DNA of 64,000 nucleotides. Origin: Paraspadella gotoi. Lineage: Eukaryota > Animalia > Chaetognatha. Shown here in pieces: positions 63,429 through 64,000 of this stretch. The notes beneath the pieces were generated by a model, which was not told where the DNA came from, searched no databases, and saw only the letters and a list, made by a program, of their open reading frames with translations. Position 1 is the stretch's first letter; every line of letters starts with the position of its first letter. A program made the position numbers and the translations under genes. Where the stretch lies: positions 23,003,486 to 23,067,485 of the forward strand of contig CM119267.1 of NCBI GenBank assembly GCA_051294375.1, written 5' to 3'.

Positions 63429-63590
63429 CGGGGTTAGCGCGAACGCAGACCCCACTATCACAAATTATGCTCCCGAGTTTCCCACATTTGGGGAAATCGC
63501 AAGGGTCAGCCCAACCGAAGTGCAATGGAAGGGCCTCGCCCTGGGGGAACCTCCTTGCTGATCAAGGTATCCCCTGAGCCAGGTAAGTAT
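63429..63590 (-). ncRNA. RNU1: U1 spliceosomal snRNA
   Basis: Reverse complement starts ATACTTACCTGG and contains the U1A loop CCATTGCACTTCGG, stem-loop III TTTCCCCAAATGTGGGAAA, Sm site AATTTGTG and the terminal GCGTTCGCGC hairpin; 162 nt. Confidence 0.97.
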
Positions 63591-64000
63591 GCTCTACCGA
63601 GAAAATCGCGAGTCTTTGTTTCTGCACTGATTTTTTTGCATGTTAAGTGTCGAAATCGAACCTTTATCATTGTCCCAAAAAGAACTTATGCAACCTGAAT
63701 TTTTTTTTTTTCAATTGAGTCGTTTCCTACTATTTCAGAATAGGTTTTAATTTAGTAATAAATTTCTAAAAATATATACCGATAGTAAATTATTTTTTTA
63801 CTTTATAAAGAGAAATTTGTTTCCAGAGAATAACACTTAGACTTAATATGAAAATTACGTTCGAGATTGAGACATCGAAAAAAAAACAAAAGATTGTTAC
63901 TTGTCTAACCGACTAACGTTATAAATAATATCTTTTTAAATAATCGCACGAACTCCATTACCTAAACAAAATACGTATATATGAAGAGTAAACAGTCATA

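Noticed and set aside
63591-63680. U1 promoter elements (PSE)
   Set aside because: PSE sequences are lineage-specific and cannot be supported without other snRNA loci for comparison.

Overview
Eukaryotic (invertebrate animal) genomic DNA with AT-rich introns, many (GA)n/(CT)n microsatellites, N-gaps and several noisy adjacent duplications that look like assembly artefacts. From left to right: a large multi-exon minus-strand gene for a Q/P-rich protein with ZASP-like (ZM) motifs (~14.7-25.4 kb), whose two upstream exons lie inverted on the + strand; a Ty3/Gypsy retrotransposon (31.4-35.0 kb); a muscle myosin-II heavy-chain rod gene (A, ~39.7-45.6 kb); an unassigned 608-aa ORF head-to-head with the Rieske Fe-S gene UQCRFS1; a second myosin rod gene (B, ~55.0-61.2 kb); and a U1 snRNA gene. 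The main observation is that both myosin genes appear to lack a motor domain. Gene A begins at the RLC-binding IQ2/hook exon, apparently through an ATG-GG micro-exon. In gene B the equivalent exon has decayed (deletion plus in-frame stop) and translation appears to start at MREEYD. I saw no motor-domain sequence anywhere in the window. All exon structures were read by eye and need RNA-seq confirmation.
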